NCBI RefSeq assembly: GCF_003918875.1
Contig: NW_025767007.1
Span: 868,001-932,000, forward strand
Direction of reading: 5' to 3'
DNA length: 64,000 nt
Origin: Haliotis rubra
Lineage: Eukaryota
Every line of letters begins with the position of its first letter. The first letter of the stretch is position 1. Shown in pieces: positions 51,436-63,516 of this stretch. The notes beneath the pieces were generated by a model. It was not told where the DNA came from. It was given only the letters and a program-made list of their open reading frames with translations, and made no database searches. Both the position numbers and the translations under genes were made by a program.

Positions 51436-52875
51436 AGGGATTCACTTAAGAGGAGTAAGGTGAGGTGAAATTGGGTTTAACGTCGTGAGTTTACGATACA
51501 GGTCTGTTGAGAGTTCATATTTATCATGCAGCGTTTTTAGCGTGGCCTTATGCTGACGGTTGAGCTTTGTAGTCGGATCCCTCTTCATCATTTGGTAGGT
51601 TGAGGTGTCATCTAGGAGGTTATCCACCATGGAGTGGAAGTGGTCCTTGTCTAAGACAACAGTGGCTCTGCCCTTGTCGGCTGGGGCGATGACAATATCC
51701 AACCTCAGCAAGATCCAAAGCAGCTCCTCGCCCATCTCAACAGCCAACATCCCCGCATCAAATTCACCATTGAAACAGAGCAGAACAACCAACTACCTTT
51801 CCTTGATGTCCTTGTGTCCCGCACCTCCTGCAACCAACTCCAGACCTCCGTGTACAGAAAACCAACTCATACGGATCAATACATCCACTACAACTCCAAC
51901 CACCCACCTAAAGTCAAGACCGGCGTCATCTCAAAATTGACCAGAAGAGCCAAAAACATCTGCTCAACAAACCTACAGGAAGAAATTGAACACCTGAGGA
52001 AAGTCTTTGTGGAACGCAACCACTACCCACCTGAAATAGTCAACAGAACCATCGAAGCAACGCTTTCACCTCCTGCCAAAAGATCTAAACCAGAATCAGC
52101 CCCCATCAAGATATCCATTCCCTACATTGGTAAACCATCACACCAAATCAGCCGACTCCTGAAACAACAGGCAGGAATAGACACTACCTTCTCAGCGTCC
52201 TCCAGCCTCAACAACCTCCTCCATGCCAACGGAAGAAAACAACCCACCGTCAACAACAACAACCCGAAATGTGTTATTTACAAAATAGACTGTGATTGTG
52301 GACAATGCTACATAGGTGAAACATCCCGACCCATCAACACCCGAGTCAAAGAACATCGCACCTCTGTTGCTAATTCCGACACCAAATCAGCTATCTCTGA
52401 CCACATCAAAGCCAACCCCAATCATCAAATAGAGTGGTCCGACATCACCATTCTCGCCAACAACCAAACGGACTTCACTAAACGCAAGCTCACAGAAGCC
52501 ATTCACATCAAACGCCACAAGCCTACCATCAACCGTGACCAAGGATACTTCATTCCATCTGCTTATGATCCACTCCTCCACCAAGCCCAGTCTATTGTAT
52601 AAACTTCGCATCCATTGTATAAACATCTCATTGTAACTACATCTCTGGCTTCCATTCACTATCCTTTATGTACTTACTGGCTTCATCAGCTTACTGCTTA
52701 GCCAATCATGGCAATTATGTTGTTTCCTTTGTCTATTATGTTGTTTCATTGTTATATACAGTATATATATGCAGCTCCTACACTTCATGTATCACTCTTG
52801 CTTGACAACGGTACAAGAATCTGTATCGAAACGTCGCACTCACGAAAATAAAGAAGTTGTTATCCATAAAACTTG
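51436..52875 (+). mobile_element. Penelope-like retroelement remnant (RT C-terminus plus GIY-YIG endonuclease) with an inverted 5' segment and pLTR-like tail
   Basis: + strand: IKFTIETEQNNQLPFLDV, VYRKPTHTDQYIHYNSNHP, CVIYKIDCDCGQCYIGETSRPINTRVKEH. - strand 51442-51700: DIVIAPADKGRATVVLDK...TYQMMKRDPT (pre-RT region of PLEs). Tail has an aataaa signal. Confidence 0.9.
52799..52838 (+). ncRNA. Putative minimal type-I hammerhead ribozyme (U3-A8 variant) in the Penelope tail
   Basis: TGC-TTGACAA-C-GGTACA-agaatc-TGTATC-GAAA-CGTC-GCA: 3-bp stem I, core UUGACAA, 6-bp stem II, GAAA, palindromic ACGT stem III, GUC cleavage triplet. Confidence 0.65.
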
Positions 52876-54059
52876 TTATATATAGTAGTTTTCTTGTTTT
52901 TTTCCTCAGCAATATCCCAGCTATATGTCTGTATATAATCGAGTCTGGACCTGACAATCCTGTGATCAACAGCATGAACATCGATATACTCAGTTGGGAT
53001 CCGATGACATGAGTCAGCCAAGTCAGCGAGCCAAGCTATCCGATTCCGCTCGCCTCTTACGACAAGTATGGGTTGCTGAAGACCAATTCCTAACCGGATC
53101 TTCACGGGTATCTTCAAAAGTAGTGTGATGAGAAGTTTTTCTTTGTAATCTTTCACTTTATGTATCTTTTTAAAGATAACACTTTGAACGCTGCCCGTAG
53201 AGGGGAGGGGAGGATATTTCAAAATACTGGAGTTGATGATAAAAGGGATACTAAACAATTCATTGATTTCACATAGCACTGTGAATTTTACACTACAGTA
53301 TCCACAAGACAGCATGACAACAGGGAGGACTTCAACTTTCCCTGTTGTCCTGCTGTAACCCGACAAAACCTTATGGTAGACATGTGGTGTCCAAATGTGA
53401 CGCACCAGTTACTAAAAGGATGCAACATGCAGTTTTGACATCAGGGAATAATCGATCATTTAAATTTAATTCTAACGGTTGTCATCGACCCAGTTTAAGA
53501 TGAAGACATTGTTCAACTCCTGCACCACTATGGGCGTCGACGTTTCAGCAAGGTAGGGTAAGGAAAGCTGCTGTCCACGGTACAGGTAGTACGGGACGGA
53601 CTCCCACAAAAAAATAATTTAATAGAATTTCATTCATTTTTGTTAAAATTGTGAGGCAGGAGGCAATTCAGTTTTGATGTACGAACAAATATGTGCATAA
53701 ATATGAGATTGCCACAAAAGGTAAGAATTTGCAAGGTGCTGTGGTTCAGGTTGTGTGGCAGAGGCGGTCGGTCATGAAAATCTAAAACTGTGCTTATCCT
53801 GATCATGGACGGATAAAACGAGCTGGAGGGCACTAATGTTCAAGGTACATGTATCTTCGTATGTGTGTCTTGGAGGTTATCACTCAGTGATGCCATAAAA
53901 TAGTTCGATGTGACGTCAAGACTCATTTACGTCTTGTCCTATAAAACATCTTGATATTATTTAAGATATTGCCACAAACCTTAAAACTGAGCCTGGTAGG
54001 TATAACACTGAAGAAAATCGTCGGCTTCGGGAATTCGGTAGAGTAAGTGGTGCATATGT

Positions 54060-54468
54060 ATAGTACCCATCAAAAGTTTCGACTCACTAGTGTAAATGTA
54101 GCCACTTACTTCAGTCAACTGTTCTAAACTAGATTTGACAAAATATTCCATACTGTTTATAGGTACTGTTTACACATGAACTGATGTATTGTAAAACAAA
54201 TTCGTAACGTTGAAAAGATTATTGTCATAAGTTCAATAGTGAAAATTGGCGAATTCTTAACAAAACTTTACACCAAAACGCAGGTGTTCACATGCACGAT
54301 ATTTGCACATGCTTTTCAGCAATTTCATGCATGATCCTCGTGCAATTCATCTGCATAAGGTTTGCACTTGGTTCCCCCAAGTTAGTGGAGAAATGTATCT
54401 TCGAGGTAACCACATATATATACATAAGAGAGCTTTAAGTGAGTCTAAACTTTTGATGGGTAGTATAT
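54060..54468. mobile_element. Tc1-like MITE (same family as 35814-36243)
   Basis: Same TIRs and colinear interior. Confidence 0.85.
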
Positions 54469-54793
54469 TTGTCCGCAGTACTATCACAACGTAGTTCACT
54501 GTGTGGATTGACTGTTTGAGAATATCTCTGTGAACACCAATTTGATCAGCTATTACAGTTTGCATAGTATAAATTTGTCTAGAGATCTCAAATATTAAAA
54601 GAAATAGATATTTAATCTAATTACCCGTACAGTGTAGAGGACGGGGTTCAATGAACCAAAGTTTTTTTCTCTGGTTAATTTATTTTCTGTCTTCACAACA
54701 GCTATGGGCCATACACAGATAGAAGTATTACCTCTCAAAGGTACACAGTTAATTCGGTTACGTCAGTTTCTCAGTAAGTCGTTAGATATCTAG

Positions 54794-55023
54794 GAGATTA
54801 ACATACTGTGTTGGAAAATCAGAGGTATATAACGAAGTTATAACAGCTCTAAACTTGATTTAAAACCGAACGCGTAGTGTGAGGTTTTAAATAGAAAATT
54901 TAGAGCTATTATAATTTCGTTATATACCTCTGATTTTCCAACACAGTATGTTTATCTCCATTCTACCATAACCGCGTTATTAAGATTTTTAAAATACATA
55001 CTGTGTTGGAAAATCAGAGGTAT
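54794..55023. repeat. Long near-perfect hairpin (~75-bp arms) plus a third partial arm
   Basis: catactgtgttggaaaatcagaggtatataacgaa / ttcgttatatacctctgattttccaacacagtatg; arm repeated again at 54997-55023. Confidence 0.85.
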
Positions 55024-56502
55024 GTTACGTGATTATATATATTTCAATGGCTTAAATTAACCAACCACAATCCAGTATTTACTAAAGTCATAGGAGAATG
55101 TCTCATTAACGTACCCAAGCCTCCTACAAGATAACATAGAGTCAAACGGCTAGATGAGGTAACTAGAAGCTCAAAGCACAGGCGAAATGTTGATACATAA
55201 ATTATTTCCGTGATATGTTTCCAGATTTGCATGTGTTTCTGGGAATCATGTACGAGAATTCCGTCACCAAATACTTAACAACACCTACAGATCTGCATAA
55301 TGTTCAACGACACTGTAAATAGGAAGGCAATGAAAATTGCCGTGGCACTCATCACTGCATTGAGATAGAAACTTAATGAAGTCGTGCTAGAAAGAAATGA
55401 TGTTGCCAAACCAGGGTTAGTCTATGCTAGACTTTGAGAGTTAAGACTGTCACTATCCAAAAATAGGTAGCTCTGAGGAATTGAGGATCATTTGCCCCAT
55501 GGGAATAAATAGTTAATCACAAGCGTTTGGCGGGTAATCTGTAATTCCGACCTTCGGGTAGATAACTGCATGTATTATTCAAAACGTTTTTCATTGGAGA
55601 CAATGAAGGAAACAGGTATGAAAGCCCACGGAGAAGTTTCACCAAAGACAGCCTTGACACACTATGACGTCTTATGACCTCCAATGGCAAAGCTCTATCG
55701 AGATTCGCTGAAAGGTACGAGAAGGTATAACACTTGTTAATTCAATACTCTTATGGGTAATATTTTCGACTGATAAACGGAACACATTTAACAAAAACAG
55801 TAAATACTCCGCCAAATGTGCTATATTACCCTGTCTTCAAATCGCATTTAATCATGGTTTTCAATCAACCAGATGACCTCGCCTAACCACACGTATTTCA
55901 TTCTGGCTTTATATTCTTGTGGGCAGTAGGTTAGTGCAGTAAAGGACCAGATGTTCGACATAATTACCATTCGTCATGATGAAAATGGATTTACCGTTAA
56001 CACCACAATAAATCCGGTCAGAGGGGATGGGTTTGGGAGGATGAAAGGATGAATGGAGTTATAAAATATTCAGCGTCGGCAAGTGCCGACAAGCTTTGTT
56101 TCAGTCAATAGTTACACACGATGTGTACCTTTAATTTGTCTTGACGAATTGCACAAAGATTCGTACTAGAAAAATTGGGTCTTCGTACAGTAGCATTTAC
56201 AACAGGAACGAAATGTTTGTGTTGAAAGAAATCTACACATCGTGTGACGCCCTAGTTGTTGGTACATCAGAAGTTTTGAGCATACAGAAACCATGTTTTT
56301 GAGACATAGTACAACGTTTTATTAATTTGGTATATTAATATCTGTTTTGACATATATACATTTGTGTTTATCAGTTCATGTTTCTTGATTTGGAGGTTTT
56401 CTTGCGTGACAGATAATTAGTACGTTCTTTTAAGTAACGAACTGTGAGGTGTATATAGAAACGCTGGGGCGTGGCTTTACTTGGCATCAGATTCTATTTT
56501 TA

Positions 56503-56932
56503 AAATGACACCTAATTTACCTGTACACCAAATGGATAGCTACCAGGTTTATGAAAAGAGAAACTTAATTTACCTGTACATCGAATGACAAGTTTTCAGG
56601 TGCTTGAAAATGGACACCTAATTTACCTGTACACCAAATGGATAGCTACCAGGTTTATGAAAAGAGAAACTTAATTTACCTGTACATCGAATGACAAGTT
56701 TTCAGGTGCTTGAAAATGGACACCTAATTTACCTGTACACCAAATGGAAAGCTAGAAAATGACCAATTTTATGAAAAGTGTCACCTAACTTACCTGTACA
56801 TCGAATGGAAGGCTATCAGGTGCTTAAACGGACACCTAATTACCTGTATATCAAATGGAAAGCTTTCAGGTTTATGAAAAGTGGCACCAAATTTACCTGT
56901 ACATCGAAAGTTATCAGGCGCTTGAAAATGGA
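56503..56932 (-). repeat. Tandem ~53-bp array (8 units, partly a 107-bp dimer) resembling pLGIC exon B 3' end plus donor
   Basis: Units contain ttacctgta(c/t)a(t/c)c(a/g)aatg; the true exon end reads ttcacctgtacatcaaatggaaag (57071-57094). Confidence 0.85.
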
Positions 56933-57075
56933 CAAATAGACTCTATTTTTTTACAAACTGCATCGTGTAGCTGTAATACTGCTGAAACAAATATATACTC
57001 AAGATATAGTTACACTTTTACAATCGACTCTGCTTTTAGCAGAGATTTCTTAAGGGTTTTGTTGCTTTTATTCAC

Positions 57076-57273
57076 CTGTACATCAAATGGAAAGTTGTCG
57101 AGTTCCAGGTTCTCCATGAACGTCCCCTTGATGATTCTCTTCTCCGACACAAAACATTCCCCCCTGTTGTTGAATGTGAGGCGGTGCCGCAAGATCTCCT
57201 TAGGGTCTCCTATCGTGTTTTCGATGTATAGTTTGGGGTTCCAGTACTTCTGAAAATCCTGGATGTCTCCTGC
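57076..57273 (-). CDS. Cys-less pLGIC exon B (WNPKLYIEN ... ENLELDNFPFDVQ)
   Basis: tttcAG acceptor, GTGAAT donor, 198 nt, phase 0. Contains the W-x-P loop-A motif and the FPFDxQ Pro-loop. Confidence 0.9.
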
Positions 57274-57707
57274 CTGAAACACAGAGTAATCAGAGATATC
57301 AGCAAATTATGAACGCATTTTGATTAATAAACTGAAATGTCATCTTGACTGAGTATGGAATGATAGTGACAGATGAAACGTCCTCATTGGGTGAAACCTG
57401 GGTTCGACCATACTGTCAGCGGATCCTACCAGAGCTGCCCCGAACAACAGGGCCATGCGTATTCTATTTCAAGTTCTGAATATTAATGGCATCGACAGAA
57501 ACGTTTTCATATCATTGTAAATCAGGGTTAAAGCGAAAACAACAACACCCACATTATAAACATGTTGCCAATATCATTTGACTATACTAAACTAAAAAAT
57601 ATGATATTCGTTTGTTATCATATTGCCAGGCTCACCTTTCACAGTAAAAAAATCTGGCAACCCCACACAGAACCGAAAAATATCAAATCGACCTTACTCT
57701 TTAAGTG

Positions 57708-57862
57708 TGGGGTAGCCTGGTGGTTAAAGCGTTCGCTCGTTACGCCGAAGACCCGGGTTCGATTCCCCACATGGGTACAATGTGTGAAGCCCATTTCTGA
57801 TGTCCCCCGCCGTTATATTGCTGGAATGTTGCTAAAAGCGGCGTTAAACCAAACTCACTCAC
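57708..57862 (+). mobile_element. SINE family A copy
   Basis: Consensus match. Further partial copies lie at ~86-195, 21490-21597 and 38948-39075. Confidence 0.85.
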
Positions 57863-59107
57863 GTTATGTATGTGTCTACTCTATTACAATGCTTCGAGCA
57901 ATTGGTGAAAACAAATGTTAATTGTTGAGGACTCCCCGAAGCTTCCCATGACAATCGTGCACTAACGATGATATATTTAGTACGATTGTATGATCATTAA
58001 TAGCGATAATGTTTTAATTTTTTTTTATAAATAAAGACATTGAACATCTCAGGTGGAACATTACTCAGCGAGATATTAGATACTAAAAGTAAGAGGTAGA
58101 TCAACGGTGTGAAAATGTCATGAATATTGAATATATTAATATATAATAAGAGTGGTATTTTATATATGGCCACCCACATCAGTTTGCAGTGTGATATTAT
58201 TGTAGGTTTTCTTGCGTATTCAATGGACGTATTAATACGCTAACAGACTAAGATGCGGATCAGTATACTGCACAATTACTTTATTTGTGTGGTGAATGTT
58301 TATAATGGTTAAGGTTCCAGCTCTTTCCTTGCACTATAAATGTCCATTCAAACACGTAAGCATGTAAATGTCAGGTCATATGGTGCCACGCTTCCATTGA
58401 TCGTACAACGTATTCAGCCACGTGCATTCGGCTTGTTGTACATTTGTACTTCCGCCTAGACCACACGCCTTGGGACTTCCGGTATCCAGGCGAAAGGATC
58501 AGCACGTGTTGCGATAGAAAATAGATTTGTGGTTATTTTCATATTATATCTCAGTGTATGTACTTGATAAAAAGAATTCGTTGATTGTTCTAGGCATTAC
58601 AGAGTAAGGAAATCCATTGACAATTATTTATTCAATTTTTTTAAACCCTACGCTCAGCAAATTATTATTTTCATAACCAATGTTAGAGCTAAAACATGCG
58701 CTAACTACCGTGACGTCTTTGTGACATGACCCATCAAACAACAGATATTCACATAAATCTTTTGTTGACAGTGTCGTTGCTTTCAAAAACTAAATTTATA
58801 ACAAAATCCCTCTCATTTTAAACCATCAAGCGGGGATAAAGGTAATTCGTGGTTCCTCAAGTGAGCACAGTGCTTAGTGGTCAGTTAAATGAGAGTTTCA
58901 TTTGCCACAGAAGACCATTTGGTAAACATATAAGCAAAACGTATGGCATAACTACTTTCTGCCGCTAGTTTGCAATTTGACTCTTAGTAGAATCTGTCTC
59001 TGACAATAGTCAACAGCACATTCTCTGTCGTTGATTTTCTACTTTTATGCCAAATTAATCGTGTCAAGTATGACTTATTGCCAGACAATATTTGTTTTGT
59101 CGAAACT

Positions 59108-59305
59108 TCCTGAACCCATTTTTGTTGTCTTCCTAAACCCTCATTTTTGTTGTCTTCCTAAACCCTCATTCTGGTTGTCTTCCTAAACCCTCATTTGTGT
59201 TGTCTTCCTAAACCCCCATTTTTGTTGTCTTCCTAAACCCTCATTCTGGTTGTCTTCCTAGACCCTCATTTAGGTTGCCTTCCTAAACCCCCATTTTTGT
59301 TGTCC
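59108..59305. repeat. 25-bp minisatellite, about 8 copies
   Basis: cctaaaccctcatttttgttgtctt. Confidence 0.9.
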
Positions 59306-62300
59306 CATAATGGTTGTAACTATATAGTGTTTATACAAAACAAAAAATATTTAAAAAATCCCATCTGAAAACCTGACTGTTCACAAACGGTCGCACATCT
59401 TGAAAATATTCATGAAATGTTAAAATTGTTTCTTTGAGCCTGAAACGTGCCGAAAATGCGCCCTACCCTACTTAAACGTTCACGAAATGCTTTTTAAGCC
59501 CACTTACATCCTCTAAACCGCTGCCATCCATCACTTTATGCATATCACGATGTCTGTTGAACGATGTATGGTGGAGCCTGGCTATATAGAAGTAAATTGT
59601 TTAATGAGCAACACTCCTGAAGCGTGACGGAAAACACTCAGTGTTGGGTTGTACTTCACAAACACATTAAAAAAGCACGTATTTTACTTTTCTTGTCAGT
59701 TTTAGTATCGTTATGTTTTTGCCAAACCGTTGATTTTCATCCTCTCTTCCAGCCGATCTTTCTTATCGATATCTATATGGGTAAACTGTTTGCTTTCCTG
59801 GGTTCAGTTCCAACTGTATCATGTACTGCACCCTGGTTATAAGGCCTCTGGTTATACCGCCAGGTTGGTCATAACACCATAATCGTCCAAAACGGATTTT
59901 GACACAGACTGGCAATAACGCCTCCGCCAGGCTTTCTCAGAACAAATGTTCCAACTACCTGGAATAGCATTTTTTTATGCCCAAAGGTAAACTTGAGAAT
60001 GTTGATGATTAGAGTAGAATAAGTTGTTGTTTTTTTCATCATTATTTAAGGTTAAGGCTTTCTATGGATAATGGATTATACCTGATTGGCATAACTCAAG
60101 ATAACTGATGAAACTCCTTGCTGCCATTGCTATTAAAAGGGAGCGTTTAACACTTGATATGAACTAGAATAGAAAGAGTATTGAAGAAGCATGTGTGTTG
60201 TACAACACATGTGAATACTGAAGAGGTGATAACAACTATTAACTGAGAACCGTTTATGTCCATTGATTGCATAGATGATGTACATGTGTTGTTTATTATG
60301 TTTCGGGCCCATTTGTGGTGTTTCGTACAATAGACTGCCACAAAATCGGTATTTGAGGATTTTCCTTGTATGGAATTAGATGCATACATTAGCTGAGATG
60401 ATTTCTGATTTGCTGTTTTATTGAGTATTCGAAGTCCGGGTGGTTTCATCTTGGAACTGATTGTCTTGCAAGACCGACCTGATATGGAATGTGATGACGT
60501 CATGATTCAATGGAGGAGCGCAACGCTTTCATGATGATTAGACTTGTAGATCGTTGGATTAAAGAACTAAATCGACGTGGTTTGGTTAAATAATAATCAA
60601 GATTAATAATGAATTCTCGGGGTATCTATTTCTCCAAGCTGAATAAGGCTACCTTAAAAGTGGTATTGAGAAAATGCCAGACTTAATGAAGATAAGTATT
60701 TTTAAGCATTAGAGAATCCGAAACAATGTTTTCACCAATGAGATGGCGACACACCCACACCCACGTACGTACGTACACTAATTAGTATGACAAAAGTAAA
60801 TAAAACATCCTTAGAAAGTCTATGTGGACTCAGTAACCAGAGTGTAGTACCGAACCAAACAGCGTGGGCGAAAAGCTGAGATAATATGCAAAACGTGTTA
60901 AAGAACTCATAAAGATTAATGCATGTTTACAATACGTATGTTGGAACCGTTTTCTTGAATTTCAATTAGGTGTGGCAGCTTAATGACTCGAATACTCGAG
61001 CTATATGGGTCATCGCGGTTCGCGGAAGCACCTCGCTACTGATCGGAGATCTCAAGTAGATAAAGATGAGTGGAAACAATGATGTACTTAAGTGGAAGAG
61101 ACAGTTAGATACATTCCTGTCTACATGCACCCACCAAACCCAAGGAGTGTTGAACTAGGCATGGTCGAACATTCGTTAATTGATTCCGTTAGGCGTGTCA
61201 GTATCACGTTGTATCTCAGCCCTGGTGAACACAATCTAATCCTCTCCTTCAGAGAACAGTAGAGACGCTTTGTTGTTTCAACGAGTGGGAGGAACGGTAA
61301 GGTGTTTGTGTGATAGCTGGTGATCTATGGTGCAACCACCTGTTTGTACTTAGTATAGACTGGGACCTATATCATGATGTAGATATTTCAGTATGCTGAG
61401 AAGCAGACAAAACCTGGCAACACGAGTACCTGTAATGGGAGCAACGCTGTTGAAATACAGGTTTTCAAGGAAATACTAACTAATACAGATGGGAAAGGCT
61501 TCTTCTCAGCGATGAAGGCTGGTATTCGAAGCAGGTTTAAAAAACCTTCAAAATAAACAATTAGTTTACAAAAGCCATACATGTACTTTTGTTAACGTGG
61601 TAAGATATATACACCAGAGAAAACCGTGCTAACGGGGAGTGTTGCTGCAGTATGTTACTGCCCTAATTTTCAGTGTGTTATAAACATTACGTAGCTAGGC
61701 ATTTCGGTGTTAAATAGAGTGTACGGATTTTTAAGTTAAAAAAATGACATTGTGACAACGTTCCAGGTTAAAGGTAGATCACCGAAGCCCAAACGTTGTG
61801 TTTACTTATTGTGCTGTCATTGTGTACGTGAATTTGAATGATTCACTTTGAATACGGTTGCGAATATAGCTATACAAGAGTTTGTATGTAAACTGTATGT
61901 AGAGTTTAGTTATTTTACTGTCCTACGTCGCAGGGTTTGTTATAATTAAATTGCGCTATTTATGAATTCATAACCGAAATATTGCCGATGTGACTATAAA
62001 TCTTAACTCACTCACTCACTCACTCACTTACTCAATCACTGTATGTAGAGCTTTCCGTGGGTGTGTACATAATACTTCATGTTAATATGTACTTGAATAT
62101 GTTCGTGAAATTGAATGAGAAGCTCAATATAGACAAACTCCAGGGATAACAACTTATTTATTTCGTGAGTGCGACGTTTCGATACAGATTCTTGTACCGT
62201 TGTCAAGAAGGAGCGGTACAAGAATCTGTATGGAAACGTCGCTCTCATGAAATAAAGAAGTTGCTATCCATAAAGTTTATCTGTACTGTAGTTCCCAAAA

Positions 62301-63387
62301 TGCCACTCAAAGAAGTTGAATGTGAAGCTCTTTGTGAAAATACTGCGGACGTTTTATTTAATATAGCAATAAGTGAAAACGAAACAAGATCTCCCAAAGC
62401 TTCGGAAACTGGTTTATGAAGCATTTTCAGCTGTAAAAACAACCAATCAGATTCAATAACCACAATCAAACATTTATAAACATGGGTAATATATATCCAA
62501 TGTATACACCAGAGAAAACCAGGATAAAGGCATGTGTAACAGACTCCTGGGATGAAAGAGACTATCGGTTGCTATTGCCCTTCTTGATGAACAAGAAGTG
62601 TGTTTAAAATATTACCTGGCCATTTTGGCTTTATTACCGGGTTTACGGATTTTGCTTCCAAAACCTTTGGTGTATAGAGGAATAAACAAATATGAAATTG
62701 CTAAAACAGATTTTCTTAAAGTGATCTCTTAACATAAGTCAACAGGGTGACATAAAAAAATGAAAGGATGAAAAAGAGCTGTCTCGATTGATGCTTTGAG
62801 TGACAGGTCACAGAGTCTCTTCCTTCCGATAATGATCTACCTTGGAGGTGAACTTATTTCTGACATGTTTTAGGAGACCTGGGGGATGAAGGTTTCATTT
62901 CATGACGTGACATTTAGGTTGGTGGAACCATTAACCAAGTGATATATTAACCACCCGCCACAGGGGCGGGATTTCAAGTGGAAATGACTTTCTAAGAATG
63001 TTTTTTGATCTTCTTTGAACTAGTTTTTTTTATTACTGGAAATATCATCCTTTTGTGCAGTGTTACACATGTTGTATTGTTGCTGAATTTAGCATTACTA
63101 TGTCATCGGATTTTACTGATTCGTTTTTAGATATTAGAATACCCTGAAATTACCTATTGTTATATTTTCAATGCCATAACACTAATAAATTTATAACGAA
63201 GAGTTCGATTGGTTTTATTGTGAGGAGATACCCTAGAAATTTATATTTGCATATAGATACTATGCCATTTATGTGTATTTTACTGCATACTAGTTAATAA
63301 AGTGTGAACGATAGAAGACTCGTTTTGTCGCAGCGTGTCTTTCGCGTGTACGCCCAAGATGCTTTCCGGCTAACCTCACTCACTCAC

Positions 63388-63516
63388 CGACTGAATTTGT
63401 CCATCCAAACTTGGCTCCCGCCATCTTGCCCGCACGATGACGTCAGCTGTGTATTGTTCCTTGAGTGTGTCGATCTCGCCGACTTTGAAAAACTGCACGC
63501 ACACTTGTACTTTCAC
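63388..63516 (-). CDS. Cys-less pLGIC exon A (extracellular domain): VKVQVCVQFFKVGEIDTLKEQYTADVIVRARWREPSLDGQIQS
   Basis: ttgcAG acceptor, GTGAGT donor, 129 nt, phase 0. 'GEID..E.YTADV....W..P' matches pLGIC beta1-beta2. Not in the supplied ORF track. Confidence 0.88.

Larger units (their letters stand above)
48759..54240. repeat. Local direct duplication: 48759-50851 vs 52885-54240
   Basis: Near-identical blocks (duplicate ORFs 50230-50433/53630-53833) flanking the Harbinger and Penelope remnants. Confidence 0.92.
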
